This document shows, piece by piece, positions 8,973 to 18,081 of a stretch of 64,000 bases of DNA. Position 1 is the first letter of the stretch, and each line of letters starts with the position of its first letter. Source of the stretch: Elusimicrobia bacterium GWC2_61_19 (GTDB taxonomy: Bacteria > Elusimicrobiota > Elusimicrobia > Elusimicrobiales > UBA9959); contig MGUD01000016.1 of assembly GCA_001799795.1 (NCBI GenBank), positions 2,105 through 66,104 on the forward strand, in the 5' to 3' direction. The position numbers were made by a program, and so were the translations under genes. Below the pieces are notes generated by a model that saw nothing but the letters and a program-made list of their open reading frames with translations, ran no database searches and was not told the DNA's origin.

Positions 8973-11252
8973 CTAACCCTTTTTTATTTCATTCCAGATC
9001 TTTTCCGGCAGCAACGGCACCGATCTTACCCTGGCGCCGCAGGCGTTCTTGATCGCGTTGGCTACAGCCGGCGCTACGCCGATAAGCGGCACCTCACCCA
9101 TGCCTTTGGCCTTATAAGGCCCCTCGGCGTAGGGTTTCTCTATGAAAATTATATCATATTCGGGTTTATCTGCGGTAGTAGCTATGACGTAGTCGGTGAA
9201 ATTGGGGTTCACCATGATGCCGTTCTTGTAGACCAGGTTCTCGAACATGGCCCAGCTCATGCCCTGCAGGATGCCGCCCTGGGCCTGGCCCATGGCGAGC
9301 CGCGGGTTCACTATTTTACCCACGTCGTAGGCGGCCCAGATCTTTTTAACTTTGGCCACGCCCGTCCTGAGATCTACTTCCACCTCGGCCGCGTCGGCCG
9401 AATACGAGTAGATAACGTAGGCGTCGCCCTGGCCGTCCTCCATCTTGAAGGTGGTCCTGGGGGCGGCGTACCAGCCCTGCTCGCTCATCTTCTGGCGGCG
9501 GTCCCAGCAGCCGGCCGCCACTTTCTTAAAATCCACTACTTTGCCGCCCATCGAGAACAGGCCGCCGGCGGCCAGCATCGGCTTGGAGGCGTCCGCCCCC
9601 TCGGCGATGAGCATGTCGTAGGCGGTCTTAAAAACGCGCTCCCTGATAGGCGTGGCGGCCTCTATGATGGCGTTGCCGCTCATCAGCGTGGTGCGGCTGG
9701 CCACGGTGGGCCCGGAGTCCGGCACCTTGGAAGAGTCCACTTCCTCCACCCGCACGCTGTCGTACGGGGCGTTGAGCGTCTCCGCGGTTATCTGGGCCAG
9801 CACGGTCAGCGCGCCCTGCCCCATTTCGGTGTTCCCGACATTAACGGTAACCGAGGAATCTTTATAGACGTTCACAAAAGCGCCGGCCCTGTCCAGATAG
9901 CGGCCCTTGGCGCCCAGGCCCACGCCGTAGTAAGTGGCGGAAAAGCCGATCCCGGTAACCACGTCGCCCTGACGTTTCGGGCTAAGCACTTTCTTGTCCC
10001 AACCGGAACGGCGCTTCACGGCCTGCACCACTTCCTTTAGGCCGCAGGAGGAATTAAGTTTCTGGCCGGTAATGGTCTTATCGCCGGGCGCTAGCAGGTT
10101 GTTCAGGCGGAACTGCACCGGGTCCACCCCTACTTTTTCCGCGAGTTCGTCTATAAGCGATTCCTGCGCGAAGCAGATCTGCGGCTGGCCGAAGCCGCGG
10201 AAAGCGCCGCACGGCACTTTATTGGTGGCCGCGGCGTAAGTCTGTATATCCACGTTAGCTATTTTGTAGGGACCGGCGGCGTGCACCGTGCCGCGCCACA
10301 GCACTATAGGCGACAGCGTGGAGTACGCCCCGCCGTCCAGCACGTACTTAACGCGGCAGGCGGTGATGCGGCCGTTCTTGTCGGCGGCATAGGCCACCCT
10401 GGCCCAGCCGGGATGCCGCTTGGACATGCTCTGAAAATCTTCCTTGCGCCCGTAAATAAGCTTTACCGGGCGGCCTGTCTTGGCGGCGCACAGCGCGGCG
10501 TGCGAGGCCACCAGGGCGGGCACGTCTTCTTTGCCGCCGAAGCCGCCGCCGGTAACCGTCTGGAGTATTTTTACTTTATGATAGGGCAGGGCGAGCGCCG
10601 CCGCGACCGCGTCCAGCACGTAGAAAGGACACTGCGTGGAACTGTGCACGGTCATACCGCCGTCGGCTTCGGGCACGGCCACCGCGCCCTGCGTCTCGAG
10701 GTAGGCGTGCACCTGGTAATTGGTGGAGAATTCCCCCTCCACCGTAAAAGCGGCTTTTTCGAAAGCTTTATCCACGGCGCCTTTTTTTATGACGAAGCTG
10801 GAGACGATATTGTCTTTGCCGTAGATCTTTACCGAGCCCTTTTCCAAAGCTTTAAGCGGGTCCGCCACCGAAGGCAGTTCCTTGTACTTTATCTCGACCA
10901 GGGCGGCGGCTTTTTTGGCCGCGCGGGCGCTGTCGGCCACCACCAGGGCCACGGTCTCGCCGGCGAAGCGGGCTTCGCCCTGGGGCAGGAAAGGGTAATC
11001 CTGCATGACGACCGGCCACTTATTGACGCCTTTTATATCCTTGTATGTGACTAAAGTTACATAGCCAGGCACCCGGCGGGCGGCCTTATCGGAGATGGAG
11101 AGTATTTTAATCCTGGGCCGCGGGGAACGGACGGCGGCGGCGTGCAGCATACCGGCGAAGTCCCTGTCGGCCGCGTACTGCGCCCTGCCTGTCGCCTTGA
11201 TCAGCGCGTCCTTCCTCGGCAGCGATTTCCCGACGAATGAAAGTTTTTCCAT
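8973..11252 (-). CDS. Xanthine dehydrogenase-family molybdopterin-binding large subunit, set B
   Basis: 759 aa. Motifs GGGFGGKE, AFRGFGQPQ and GMGEVP, the positions equivalent to Glu802, Arg880 and Glu1261 of bovine XDH. No twin-arginine signal at the N-terminus (MEKLSFVGKSLPRKD). Confidence 0.9.
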   Translation of the reverse strand: MEKLSFVGKSLPRKDALIKATGRAQYAADRDFAGMLHAAAVRSPRPRIKILSISDKAARRVPGYVTLVTYKDIKGVNKWPVVMQDYPFLPQGEARFAGETVALVVADSARAAKKAAALVEIKYKELPSVADPLKALEKGSVKIYGKDNIVSSFVIKKGAVDKAFEKAAFTVEGEFSTNYQVHAYLETQGAVAVPEADGGMTVHSSTQCPFYVLDAVAAALALPYHKVKILQTVTGGGFGGKEDVPALVASHAALCAAKTGRPVKLIYGRKEDFQSMSKRHPGWARVAYAADKNGRITACRVKYVLDGGAYSTLSPIVLWRGTVHAAGPYKIANVDIQTYAAATNKVPCGAFRGFGQPQICFAQESLIDELAEKVGVDPVQFRLNNLLAPGDKTITGQKLNSSCGLKEVVQAVKRRSGWDKKVLSPKRQGDVVTGIGFSATYYGVGLGAKGRYLDRAGAFVNVYKDSSVTVNVGNTEMGQGALTVLAQITAETLNAPYDSVRVEEVDSSKVPDSGPTVASRTTLMSGNAIIEAATPIRERVFKTAYDMLIAEGADASKPMLAAGGLFSMGGKVVDFKKVAAGCWDRRQKMSEQGWYAAPRTTFKMEDGQGDAYVIYSYSADAAEVEVDLRTGVAKVKKIWAAYDVGKIVNPRLAMGQAQGGILQGMSWAMFENLVYKNGIMVNPNFTDYVIATTADKPEYDIIFIEKPYAEGPYKAKGMGEVPLIGVAPAVANAIKNACGARVRSVPLLPEKIWNEIKKG

Positions 11253-11262
11253 ATTGGGCCTC

Positions 11263-12075
11263 TTACTTGCGGCTGTGCGCGTCGCGCATATGCGCCCCGT
11301 CCCGCTTATAGTGCACCTTTATCATTTCGGCCAGCACGGAAACGGCTATTTCCCCCGGCGCCTTGCCGCCCAGGTTCAGCCCTATGGGCGAATGCACCCG
11401 CGCGTCCTTTAAGGGATAAAGCTTTTTCCCGGCGAGCAGGCGGAAGATCTCGGCCACCTTGTCCTTGCTGCCTATCATGCCGATGTAGGCCGCGTCCGTA
11501 CGCATCAGGGCTTCCAGGCATTCCCTGTCCAGGGCGTGCCCGCGCGTGACTATTACCGCGTAGGTATCTTTATCCACTCCGGCCGCGGCCACCGCTTTGT
11601 GCGGGGCCTCGTTTATTATCGTCAGCGCTCCGGGGAAGCGCCCGGCGTTGGCGAACTCTTCCCTGTCGTCGGCCACCAGGTAGGGATACCCCGCCAGGCG
11701 GCAGGCTTCGGCTATCTTGACGCCCACGTGGCCGCCGCCGAGTATCAGAACTTTCAAAGGATTCCTGTACACGTCGATGTAGACTTCCATATCCCCCATG
11801 CAGATCATGCCGGTATTGCCGCCGGGCTTCAGGTCGAAGACGAATTTACCGCCCTCGCCTTTTTTAAGGCAGGCAACGGCCTGTTTTATGGTGAGGGCCT
11901 CTATAGAGCCGCCGCCTACCGTGCCCTCTATGGCGCCGTCGGCGTACACCAGCATTTTGGCGCCGGCCTCGCGCGGGGTGGAGCCGCCCACGGAGATAAC
12001 TGTGACGAAAGCGGCGCTGCGGCCGGAATCGATGGCCTCGGAAAGCATTTTGATCAGGTTCTTGTTTTCATTCAT
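11263..12075 (-). CDS. xdhC: XdhC/CoxI-family Mo-cofactor insertion/maturation protein
   Basis: 270 aa. GGSTPREAGAKMLV N-domain and Rossmann-like ILGGGHVG C-domain, typical of XdhC. Immediately upstream of the set B large subunit. Confidence 0.85.
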   Translation of the reverse strand: MNENKNLIKMLSEAIDSGRSAAFVTVISVGGSTPREAGAKMLVYADGAIEGTVGGGSIEALTIKQAVACLKKGEGGKFVFDLKPGGNTGMICMGDMEVYIDVYRNPLKVLILGGGHVGVKIAEACRLAGYPYLVADDREEFANAGRFPGALTIINEAPHKAVAAAGVDKDTYAVIVTRGHALDRECLEALMRTDAAYIGMIGSKDKVAEIFRLLAGKKLYPLKDARVHSPIGLNLGGKAPGEIAVSVLAEMIKVHYKRDGAHMRDAHSRK

Positions 12076-12094
12076 GGCGTTTTATTTTACCAAT

Positions 12095-13636
12095 TTACAA
12101 TACTTTGTAGATCTCCACCGGTTCGGCCTTTCCCTTCAGCGCGGCCTTGCCCATGGCTTCGAATTTAAACGTTTCCCCGAGCGAACCGCGGGCCCTTTCC
12201 AGGGCGGGGCCGCTCACCAGGATATCCGTATTGAAGTCCTTGGTCCTGGATTCCAGCCGGGAGGCGATATTGACCGTGTCGCCGATGAAAGTGTACTCAA
12301 GGCGGGAGACGGTGCCGATATTGCCGCCCACCAGCTTGCCCGAGTGTATGCCTATGCCGAAATCCACCAGCCCGGGAGTTTTTCCCGCGGCGTTGAACTC
12401 GGCCAGGGCTTTCCTCATCCCTACCGCCGCGCGCACCGCGTCGGCCGCGTAGTCGTCCGAGCCCAGCAGCGGGGTATAGATCGCCATTACGGCGTCGCCG
12501 ATGAACTTGTTGATCACGCCGTGGTTGGCGGTGATAGGCGGGGTTATATAATGGAAATAATTATTAAGGAACTCCACCAGCATGGAGGCGCTCATCTTCT
12601 CGCTCAGGGGGGTAAAATTGCGGATGTCGCAGAACATCACCGCGGCTTCCATATCCTCGCCGCCCAGGTTCACTTTCTTGTTCTTTATCAGCTCCCGGGC
12701 GATCTCTATGGACAGGTACTTGCCGAAAGTGTCCTGCAGCGCCTCGCGCTCTTTCAGCCCGTCGACCATGTCGTTAAAACCCGCCTTCAGGTGCGCTATC
12801 TCGTCGGAGAAGAAGACATGCGTTTTAACGAACTCGCCGCCGGCCACGCGCCGCATCTTGCCGATGAGCCCGTCAAGCGGCACTTGTATGCCGTTATAGA
12901 CCGTGGAAACCCCCGTCAGGAGCAGCACGCCGCACAGGAAGAGCATGAGGCCGAAATCCCCGGCAAAAGTGTCCCACGGCACCCGGTTCAGGAAAAGCAG
13001 GTAGATCAGCACGAACGGGATAATGGCGAAACCTATGACGAGCGAGGAGATCTTCAGGTAGATGGGGATGGAGAACCCGGGCCGCAGGCTGGACAATTCC
13101 TCCGATGAGTAAAGACTGACCATGAGCTTCTTCTGTCTGGAAAGATGGGCGTCTATGTGGGCAATAAGCAGGGCGGCCTGCCCCGCGAAGGCGACACCCG
13201 ACGCCGCCCAGATCTGCCAGGGCAGAGCGCCGAACAGCATTATAGGTAAAGCCAGCGCCAGGCCCTGCGATATCACCAGCATCAGGAAAGCGTCGCGGTA
13301 GATGTTGCCCAGCCGCCTGCGGATCTTTGCCTTCAGTTTCTCGTCGGGTTTGCGGACATACAGATAGGCCGGCCTCGCCCAGACATAGACCATCAGGACC
13401 ATCACGATGAACGGCAGGCCTATATTCAAACCCTGATGACCGGGGCCCATGCCGATGTTCAGCGCCCCGCCTCCGATGTTGGGATCACCGGACAGGGCGA
13501 CCATGGTTATACGGTAGAAGGAAGAGTAGATGAACCCGAGGAATAGCGGGATGTAGAGGAGGCTGAAGAACTCTCTCAGCTTCTCTTTGCGCGCAGCTTT
13601 TTCAGGATCGCCGAACAATATGATGTCGCCTTTCAT
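12095..13636 (-). CDS. Membrane-bound HAMP-domain class III adenylate/guanylate cyclase
   Basis: Internal ATG 13636 chosen (MKGDIILFGDPEK...); it overlaps the stop of the upstream permease (ATGA). The 183-codon upstream extension in the ORF track is Arg/Gly-rich and lies inside the permease gene. Multiple TM segments, then cyclase motifs FCDIRNFTPLSE, KFIGDAVMA, GDTVNIASRLE. Confidence 0.85.
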   Translation of the reverse strand: MKGDIILFGDPEKAARKEKLREFFSLLYIPLFLGFIYSSFYRITMVALSGDPNIGGGALNIGMGPGHQGLNIGLPFIVMVLMVYVWARPAYLYVRKPDEKLKAKIRRRLGNIYRDAFLMLVISQGLALALPIMLFGALPWQIWAASGVAFAGQAALLIAHIDAHLSRQKKLMVSLYSSEELSSLRPGFSIPIYLKISSLVIGFAIIPFVLIYLLFLNRVPWDTFAGDFGLMLFLCGVLLLTGVSTVYNGIQVPLDGLIGKMRRVAGGEFVKTHVFFSDEIAHLKAGFNDMVDGLKEREALQDTFGKYLSIEIARELIKNKKVNLGGEDMEAAVMFCDIRNFTPLSEKMSASMLVEFLNNYFHYITPPITANHGVINKFIGDAVMAIYTPLLGSDDYAADAVRAAVGMRKALAEFNAAGKTPGLVDFGIGIHSGKLVGGNIGTVSRLEYTFIGDTVNIASRLESRTKDFNTDILVSGPALERARGSLGETFKFEAMGKAALKGKAEPVEIYKVL

Positions 13637-14871
13637 GTATACCTCAGGAAAACCCAGTATATTATGGCATTTATAAAAGTCAGCGGGATCCCGACGCGGG
13701 CGAACTCCATGAAGGTTATGGTCGCCCCGGTTTTTTTCTCCGCGGTCTGTATGATTATCACGTTGCTGGCCGCGCCCAGGATGAACAGGTTCCCCGCAAA
13801 AGTGGAGGCCGCCGCCAGCGCCATCAGTGCCGGCGTCCCGGCCCCGGCGTGCCGCAGCAGCGGCAGGTAAAGCGCCACCAGCGGCACATTGGAGATGAAC
13901 TGGCTCAGGCCCACGCTGATGACCATCACGGGCCCGAGCCCGGCGAGATCGGCGCCGGAGCGCGAGATAAGCCCCTGAAAAAAGCCGGTATCCCAGACGG
14001 CGCGCATCAGTACGAACATGCCGGCGAAAAAGGCCAGCGTGCTCCAGTCGGTCTTGCGCAGGATCTCGAAACGCCGGGGGCTGAAAAGAAGCCCCGGCGC
14101 GGCCGCGGCCAGCGCTATCCAGGTAAGCCGGAAATCCCAGGCGGGGTTGACGGCGACAAGCGCGATCTTGGCGGTTATCATGCACGCCAGCACCGCCGCG
14201 GTCAGGCGCGCCAGCCGCGCCAGCGCCTGGTCCTTTATCGGTTCCTGAGAATGCGTAAGGCGTACCTTCCTGAATTCCTGTCTGTAGAAGTACCGCAGGA
14301 GCAGGAAAACGAAACCCAGGTTGATGAGCGTGGGAACGGCGAGATATTTAAAAAAGGTAAGGAAAGGCGCGGCGATCTCCCCCTTAACGGCCACCAGCAG
14401 GTTCTGCGGGTTGCCGATGGGGCTCATCACGCTGCCGACGGTGACGGAGAAAGCCAGGGCCAGCAGCAGCGCCTTGGGGGAGAAGGCATGCTTGCGGGCC
14501 AGCAGCAGCGCCACCGGCGTGCCTATTATGGCCAGCGTATCGTTCATCAGGAAGGCGGAGGCGAGGCCCATGAAGAAGACCATTATCAGCAGCAGCCCCT
14601 CTTCGGTCTTTGCCCGCTTAAAGATCCCGAACTTGGCGTGGGCCAGCCAGCCGCTGAGTTCCAGCGTCTGCCCGGCGGCGAACATGCCGAACAGAAAAAG
14701 CATAACGTCCCGGTCCACGGCGTCCAGAGCGGCGGCCGGTCTTATGCCGCCGGTAAGCAGGACGGCGGCCGCGCCGGCGCACATCACCTGCCAGATCTGG
14801 AAGCGCAAACGCCCCACCTGCCGCACGGCGGTGAGGAGGAACACGACGGCAAGTATTATTATCGGCAGCAT
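13633..14871 (-). CDS. ArsB/NhaD-superfamily (CitMHS/SLC13-like) anion permease
   Basis: 412 aa, polytopic throughout. LMNDTLAIIGTPV and SPIGNPQNLLVA motifs are typical of this permease superfamily. Confidence 0.7.
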   Translation of the reverse strand: MLPIIILAVVFLLTAVRQVGRLRFQIWQVMCAGAAAVLLTGGIRPAAALDAVDRDVMLFLFGMFAAGQTLELSGWLAHAKFGIFKRAKTEEGLLLIMVFFMGLASAFLMNDTLAIIGTPVALLLARKHAFSPKALLLALAFSVTVGSVMSPIGNPQNLLVAVKGEIAAPFLTFFKYLAVPTLINLGFVFLLLRYFYRQEFRKVRLTHSQEPIKDQALARLARLTAAVLACMITAKIALVAVNPAWDFRLTWIALAAAAPGLLFSPRRFEILRKTDWSTLAFFAGMFVLMRAVWDTGFFQGLISRSGADLAGLGPVMVISVGLSQFISNVPLVALYLPLLRHAGAGTPALMALAAASTFAGNLFILGAASNVIIIQTAEKKTGATITFMEFARVGIPLTFINAIIYWVFLRYT

Positions 14872-14887
14872 TTCGTGGAAGCAGTGT

Positions 14888-15481
14888 CTAAACGAGGCCC
14901 GCGTAATCCTCCGGCGTGTCGAAGTCCCTGATTATCTCCGGGTCCTTCACTTCCAGGTCGGTTATCTTTACGGAGGGATGATGCGTCACCCAGTGCAGGC
15001 CCTTGTCCGGCGGTCCCTCGAAGCAGAGCGCCTTGTGCGCAGCCGGTATTATTATCGGGTGCCCCCGCTTCAGGCGCGCATCCGCGGCCCTGAAAGTGCG
15101 GGGAACAACTATGGACTCCTTGTTGGAAAGCCAGCAGTCCATGATCTTTTTGTAGGTTTCCGGGGCCACGGTGGGCTGGTCGGCCAGGCAGACCATAAAA
15201 CCTTCGGAGAAGTCCGACGCGGCCGCCAGGCCGCAGCGCAGGGAAGAAAGCTGGCCGTTCTCCGGCTTGGGATTGACCGCTACCTTTTCCCCCGCCGGCA
15301 CCCAGGCGGACAAGATTTCATGCGAGGCCCGCCCCAGCACCACCACGCGGTCCTCCACGCCGGCCGCCCTCAGGGCCGCGCAGACATGCTCGATAAAGGG
15401 CTTACCCCGCCATTGAAGCAGGGCTTTAGGGCGTCCCATCCTGGACGATTCTCCCGCCGCAAGTATTATCGCCGAGATCAT
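14888..15481 (-). CDS. mocA: MobA-like nucleotidyltransferase, probably molybdenum cofactor cytidylyltransferase (MocA-type)
   Basis: 197 aa. N-terminal ILAAGESSRMGRPKALL signature. The MCD cofactor made by MocA is the one used by XDH-family enzymes, which fits the neighbouring genes. Confidence 0.75.
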   Translation of the reverse strand: MISAIILAAGESSRMGRPKALLQWRGKPFIEHVCAALRAAGVEDRVVVLGRASHEILSAWVPAGEKVAVNPKPENGQLSSLRCGLAAASDFSEGFMVCLADQPTVAPETYKKIMDCWLSNKESIVVPRTFRAADARLKRGHPIIIPAAHKALCFEGPPDKGLHWVTHHPSVKITDLEVKDPEIIRDFDTPEDYAGLV

Positions 15482-15487
15482 AGCCGT

Positions 15488-16591
15488 TCAGTCCCCGAAA
15501 CTTATGCCCAGGTCGCGCGCCGTAACTATAGTGTCGCAGTCGGGCGGCACGGTCTTCATGCGGTTGGTCGCTTCCTTCAGCGGCACATAGCGCACCGTAG
15601 GCGGGTCCAGCGCTACCATCACACCGGTGCGGCCTTCCTCCAGCGCCCGCACCGCGGCCGCGCCGAAGCGCAGGGAGATGAGGCGGTCGAAAGTGGTGGG
15701 GCAGCCGCCGCGCAGCAGATGGCCCAGCACCACGGTGCGGCATTCCTTGCCCACCAGCGGCTCAAGCTCTTTTGCCACGCGCTCCCCGGCGCCGCCCAGC
15801 TTCTCGGCCCGGCCCAATTCCTTACCGACGACGGAAACGGAGCCGCCTTTGGGCATGGCACCCTCGGCCACCACGACGATGGCGTAGTGTTTGCCGCGCT
15901 TGGGTCTTTCTTTAAGAGCCGCGGCTACTTTGCCGATATCGTAAGGGATCTCGGGGATCAGGATGGCGTCGGCGTTGCCGGAAACCCCGGCGTTGAGCGC
16001 TATCCAGCCGGCGTAGCGGCCCATCACCTCCACCACCATCACCCGGCGGTGCGCGTCCGCGGTGGAGTGCAGGCGGTCCAGGCATTCGGTGGCGAAAGAG
16101 ACCGCCGTGTCGAAGCCGAAAGTGACCACCGTCTTGTCCAGGTCGTTGTCTATGGTCTTGGGCACGCCTATGGTGGGCAGGCCCTTTTCCGAAAGCACAT
16201 TGGCGATACCCAGCGAACCGTCGCCGCCCAGCGCCACCAGCGCGTCTATGCCGTTATGTTTAAAAGCCGCCATCAGTTCGTCCGTGCGGTCTTTCTCGTA
16301 CATTTTCCCGTCGGGGCCCAGGGTGGGATACTTAGTGGGATTGCCCTTATTGGTTGTGCCCAATATGGTGCCGCCCAAATGCGTTATGCCCCGCACCGAG
16401 CGCCGGTTCAGCGGGATCAGCCCGCCTTCCGGGTACTCCTCCGGCCTCAGCAGGCCGTTGTAGCCGTCCCTTATGCCGACGCACTCCATACCCCGGTTGA
16501 TGGCCGACACAACCACCGCCCGTATAACCGCGTTAAGCCCCGGCGCGTCCCCGCCGCCGGTATTAATGGCGATCTTCTTTATCTTCCCCAT
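15488..16591 (-). CDS. pfkA: 6-phosphofructokinase (phosphoryl donor not resolvable from sequence)
   Basis: 367 aa. GGGDAPGLNA, GGDGS and PKTIDNDL motifs. Gly at the E. coli 104 position points to an ATP-type enzyme, while Lys at the 124 position is as in PPi-type and group III enzymes. Confidence 0.9.
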   Translation of the reverse strand: MGKIKKIAINTGGGDAPGLNAVIRAVVVSAINRGMECVGIRDGYNGLLRPEEYPEGGLIPLNRRSVRGITHLGGTILGTTNKGNPTKYPTLGPDGKMYEKDRTDELMAAFKHNGIDALVALGGDGSLGIANVLSEKGLPTIGVPKTIDNDLDKTVVTFGFDTAVSFATECLDRLHSTADAHRRVMVVEVMGRYAGWIALNAGVSGNADAILIPEIPYDIGKVAAALKERPKRGKHYAIVVVAEGAMPKGGSVSVVGKELGRAEKLGGAGERVAKELEPLVGKECRTVVLGHLLRGGCPTTFDRLISLRFGAAAVRALEEGRTGVMVALDPPTVRYVPLKEATNRMKTVPPDCDTIVTARDLGISFGD

Positions 16592-16612
16592 ATATTCCCC
16601 CCTTCCCCTGTT

Positions 16613-17989
16613 TCAGCAGCCGGCTTTCCGGTACAGCGCGGCGGCGGCCTTGTTGGCGCGCTCGGCCAGCTTAAATTCGTCCACGTTCACCAGGCGGCCG
16701 TTCCTGACGACCACCTTGCCGTTGACTATGGTGTGCTTGGTGCGGTGGGAGGCGCCGCAGAACAGCAGCGAGGCCAGCGGGTCCGACTTGGACCCGGCGA
16801 AATCCAGGCCGCTCACGTCGAATATGGCGATATCGGCGGCTTTGCCCGGCGCTATGGAGCCAATGTCGCCGCGCCCCAGCACGGATGCGCCGCCGTGCGT
16901 GGCCAGCTTAAAGGCGTCCCGGGCGGGCATGGCTTCCACGCCCGCCTTCACGCGCTGCACCAGCATGGCCTGCCGCACTTCGCCCAGCATGTCCGAAGAA
17001 TCGTTGGAGGCGGAGCCGTCTACGGCCAGACCCACCGGCACGTTATGATCGAGGAACATCCGTATCGGCGCTATACCGGAACCCAGGCGCAGGTTGGAAC
17101 AGGGACAATGCGCCACGCCGGTGCGCGTTTTACCCATCTTTTTGGCTTCGGCCTCGTTGATATAGACGCAGTGGGCGAACCAGGCGTTGCCTTCCGACAC
17201 CCAGCCCACCGACTCCATGTATTCCAGCGGCCGCATCTTAAAAAGCTTTTTGCAGAACGCTTCTTCGTCGATGGTCTCGGCCAGGTGGGTATGCATGCGC
17301 ACGCCCCACTTCTTGGCCATTACCGCCGTGAGCTTAAGCAGTTCCGTGGTGACGGAGAAAGGCGAGCAGGGCGCCAGCGCCACGCGGGTCATGGCGAAGT
17401 CCCGCGCGTCGTGGAATTTATGCACCAGCCGCTCGCAGTCCTTCATTATGAAATCTTCCGTCTGCACCACGCTGTCCGGCGGCAGACCGCCCTTGGACCG
17501 GCCACGCGACATGGAGCCGCGCGTGGCGTGGAAGCGGATGCCTAATTCTTTGGCCGCCTCTATCTGCGTGTCTATAAAAAAACCGCTGTTCTGTTTGGGG
17601 AAAAGATAAAGATGGTCCGAGCTGGTGGTACAGCCGGTCAGCAGCAGCTCGCCCAGGCCCACCTGGGTGCTGGCGTAGATCGCCTCGGGGTTCACGTGCT
17701 TCCAGATGTCGTAGAGGTAGATCAGCCAGTCGAAGAGCTTGGCGTCCTGCACTTTAGGCAGGTTGCGGGTGAGGGTCTGGTACAGGTGGTGGTGGGTATT
17801 CACAAAACCGGGCAGCACCACGCAGCCCTTGGCGTCTATAACAGTATCGGCCTTCACTTTCAGATTTTTGCCGACCTTCCGGATCACCGGGCCTTCGATA
17901 TAGACATCGCCGCCTTTAATCTCGCGGCCCTGCCCGTCCATGGTGGCCAGCACCAGCGCGTTCTTTATTAAAAGGGATTTTTGTTTCAT
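16613..17989 (-). CDS. Amidohydrolase, 8-oxoguanine deaminase-like
   Basis: ATG 17989 chosen (MKQKSLLIKNALV...). Motifs NTHHHLYQTLTR, ALAPCSPFSV, HTHLAETIDE, HCPCSNLRLGSG and VDGSASND match, from memory, the Pseudomonas 8-oxoguanine deaminase family. Confidence 0.75.
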   Translation of the reverse strand: MKQKSLLIKNALVLATMDGQGREIKGGDVYIEGPVIRKVGKNLKVKADTVIDAKGCVVLPGFVNTHHHLYQTLTRNLPKVQDAKLFDWLIYLYDIWKHVNPEAIYASTQVGLGELLLTGCTTSSDHLYLFPKQNSGFFIDTQIEAAKELGIRFHATRGSMSRGRSKGGLPPDSVVQTEDFIMKDCERLVHKFHDARDFAMTRVALAPCSPFSVTTELLKLTAVMAKKWGVRMHTHLAETIDEEAFCKKLFKMRPLEYMESVGWVSEGNAWFAHCVYINEAEAKKMGKTRTGVAHCPCSNLRLGSGIAPIRMFLDHNVPVGLAVDGSASNDSSDMLGEVRQAMLVQRVKAGVEAMPARDAFKLATHGGASVLGRGDIGSIAPGKAADIAIFDVSGLDFAGSKSDPLASLLFCGASHRTKHTIVNGKVVVRNGRLVNVDEFKLAERANKAAAALYRKAGC

Positions 17990-18081
17990 CGTGGTCTCCG
18001 GAAATTTCAGTTCTTTAAATATTATAGTAAAATTAAAATTAGCACCGGTTTGCACGGATATTAAACAACTGGGGACGAATC
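17990..18081. promoter_or_regulatory. AT-rich divergent intergenic region between the 8-oxoG-deaminase-like gene and the DPD-like gene
   Basis: 92 bp, clearly AT-rich against the GC-rich background (ttctttaaatattatagtaaaattaaaatt). Contains TATAGT at 18023-18028. No convincing -35 element. Confidence 0.35.

Noticed and set aside
8973-11252. Periplasmic (Tat-exported) Mo-hydroxylase, which would rationalise the neighbouring exported proteins
   Set aside because: None of the six Mo-hydroxylase subunits visible in the window has a twin-arginine or Sec signal at its N-terminus. The enzymes are predicted to be cytoplasmic.
13637-14185. 183-codon N-terminal extension of the cyclase ORF; similar extensions occur at 52379-52750, 7137-7238, 17990-18055, 24758-24811 and 57335-57442
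   Set aside because: The extensions are Arg/Pro/Gly-rich and overlap the upstream genes. They precede internal ATGs that give sensible N-termini (signal peptides, TM helices or conserved family starts) with SD sequences or ATGA coupling.
14321-17545. 1074-aa plus-strand ORF, the longest in the ORF track
   Set aside because: It lies antisense to the permease, mocA, pfk and amidohydrolase genes, all of which have strong motifs, proper starts and SD sequences. The product is Arg/Gly/His/Ala-rich with no domain. It is a shadow ORF.
18040-18054. Sigma-54-like promoter TAGCAC-N4-TTGCA upstream of the DPD-like gene
   Set aside because: The invariant GG of the -24 element is AG here. The spacing between elements is one nucleotide short of the TGGCAC-N5-TTGC consensus. 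No enhancer-binding protein gene is nearby.
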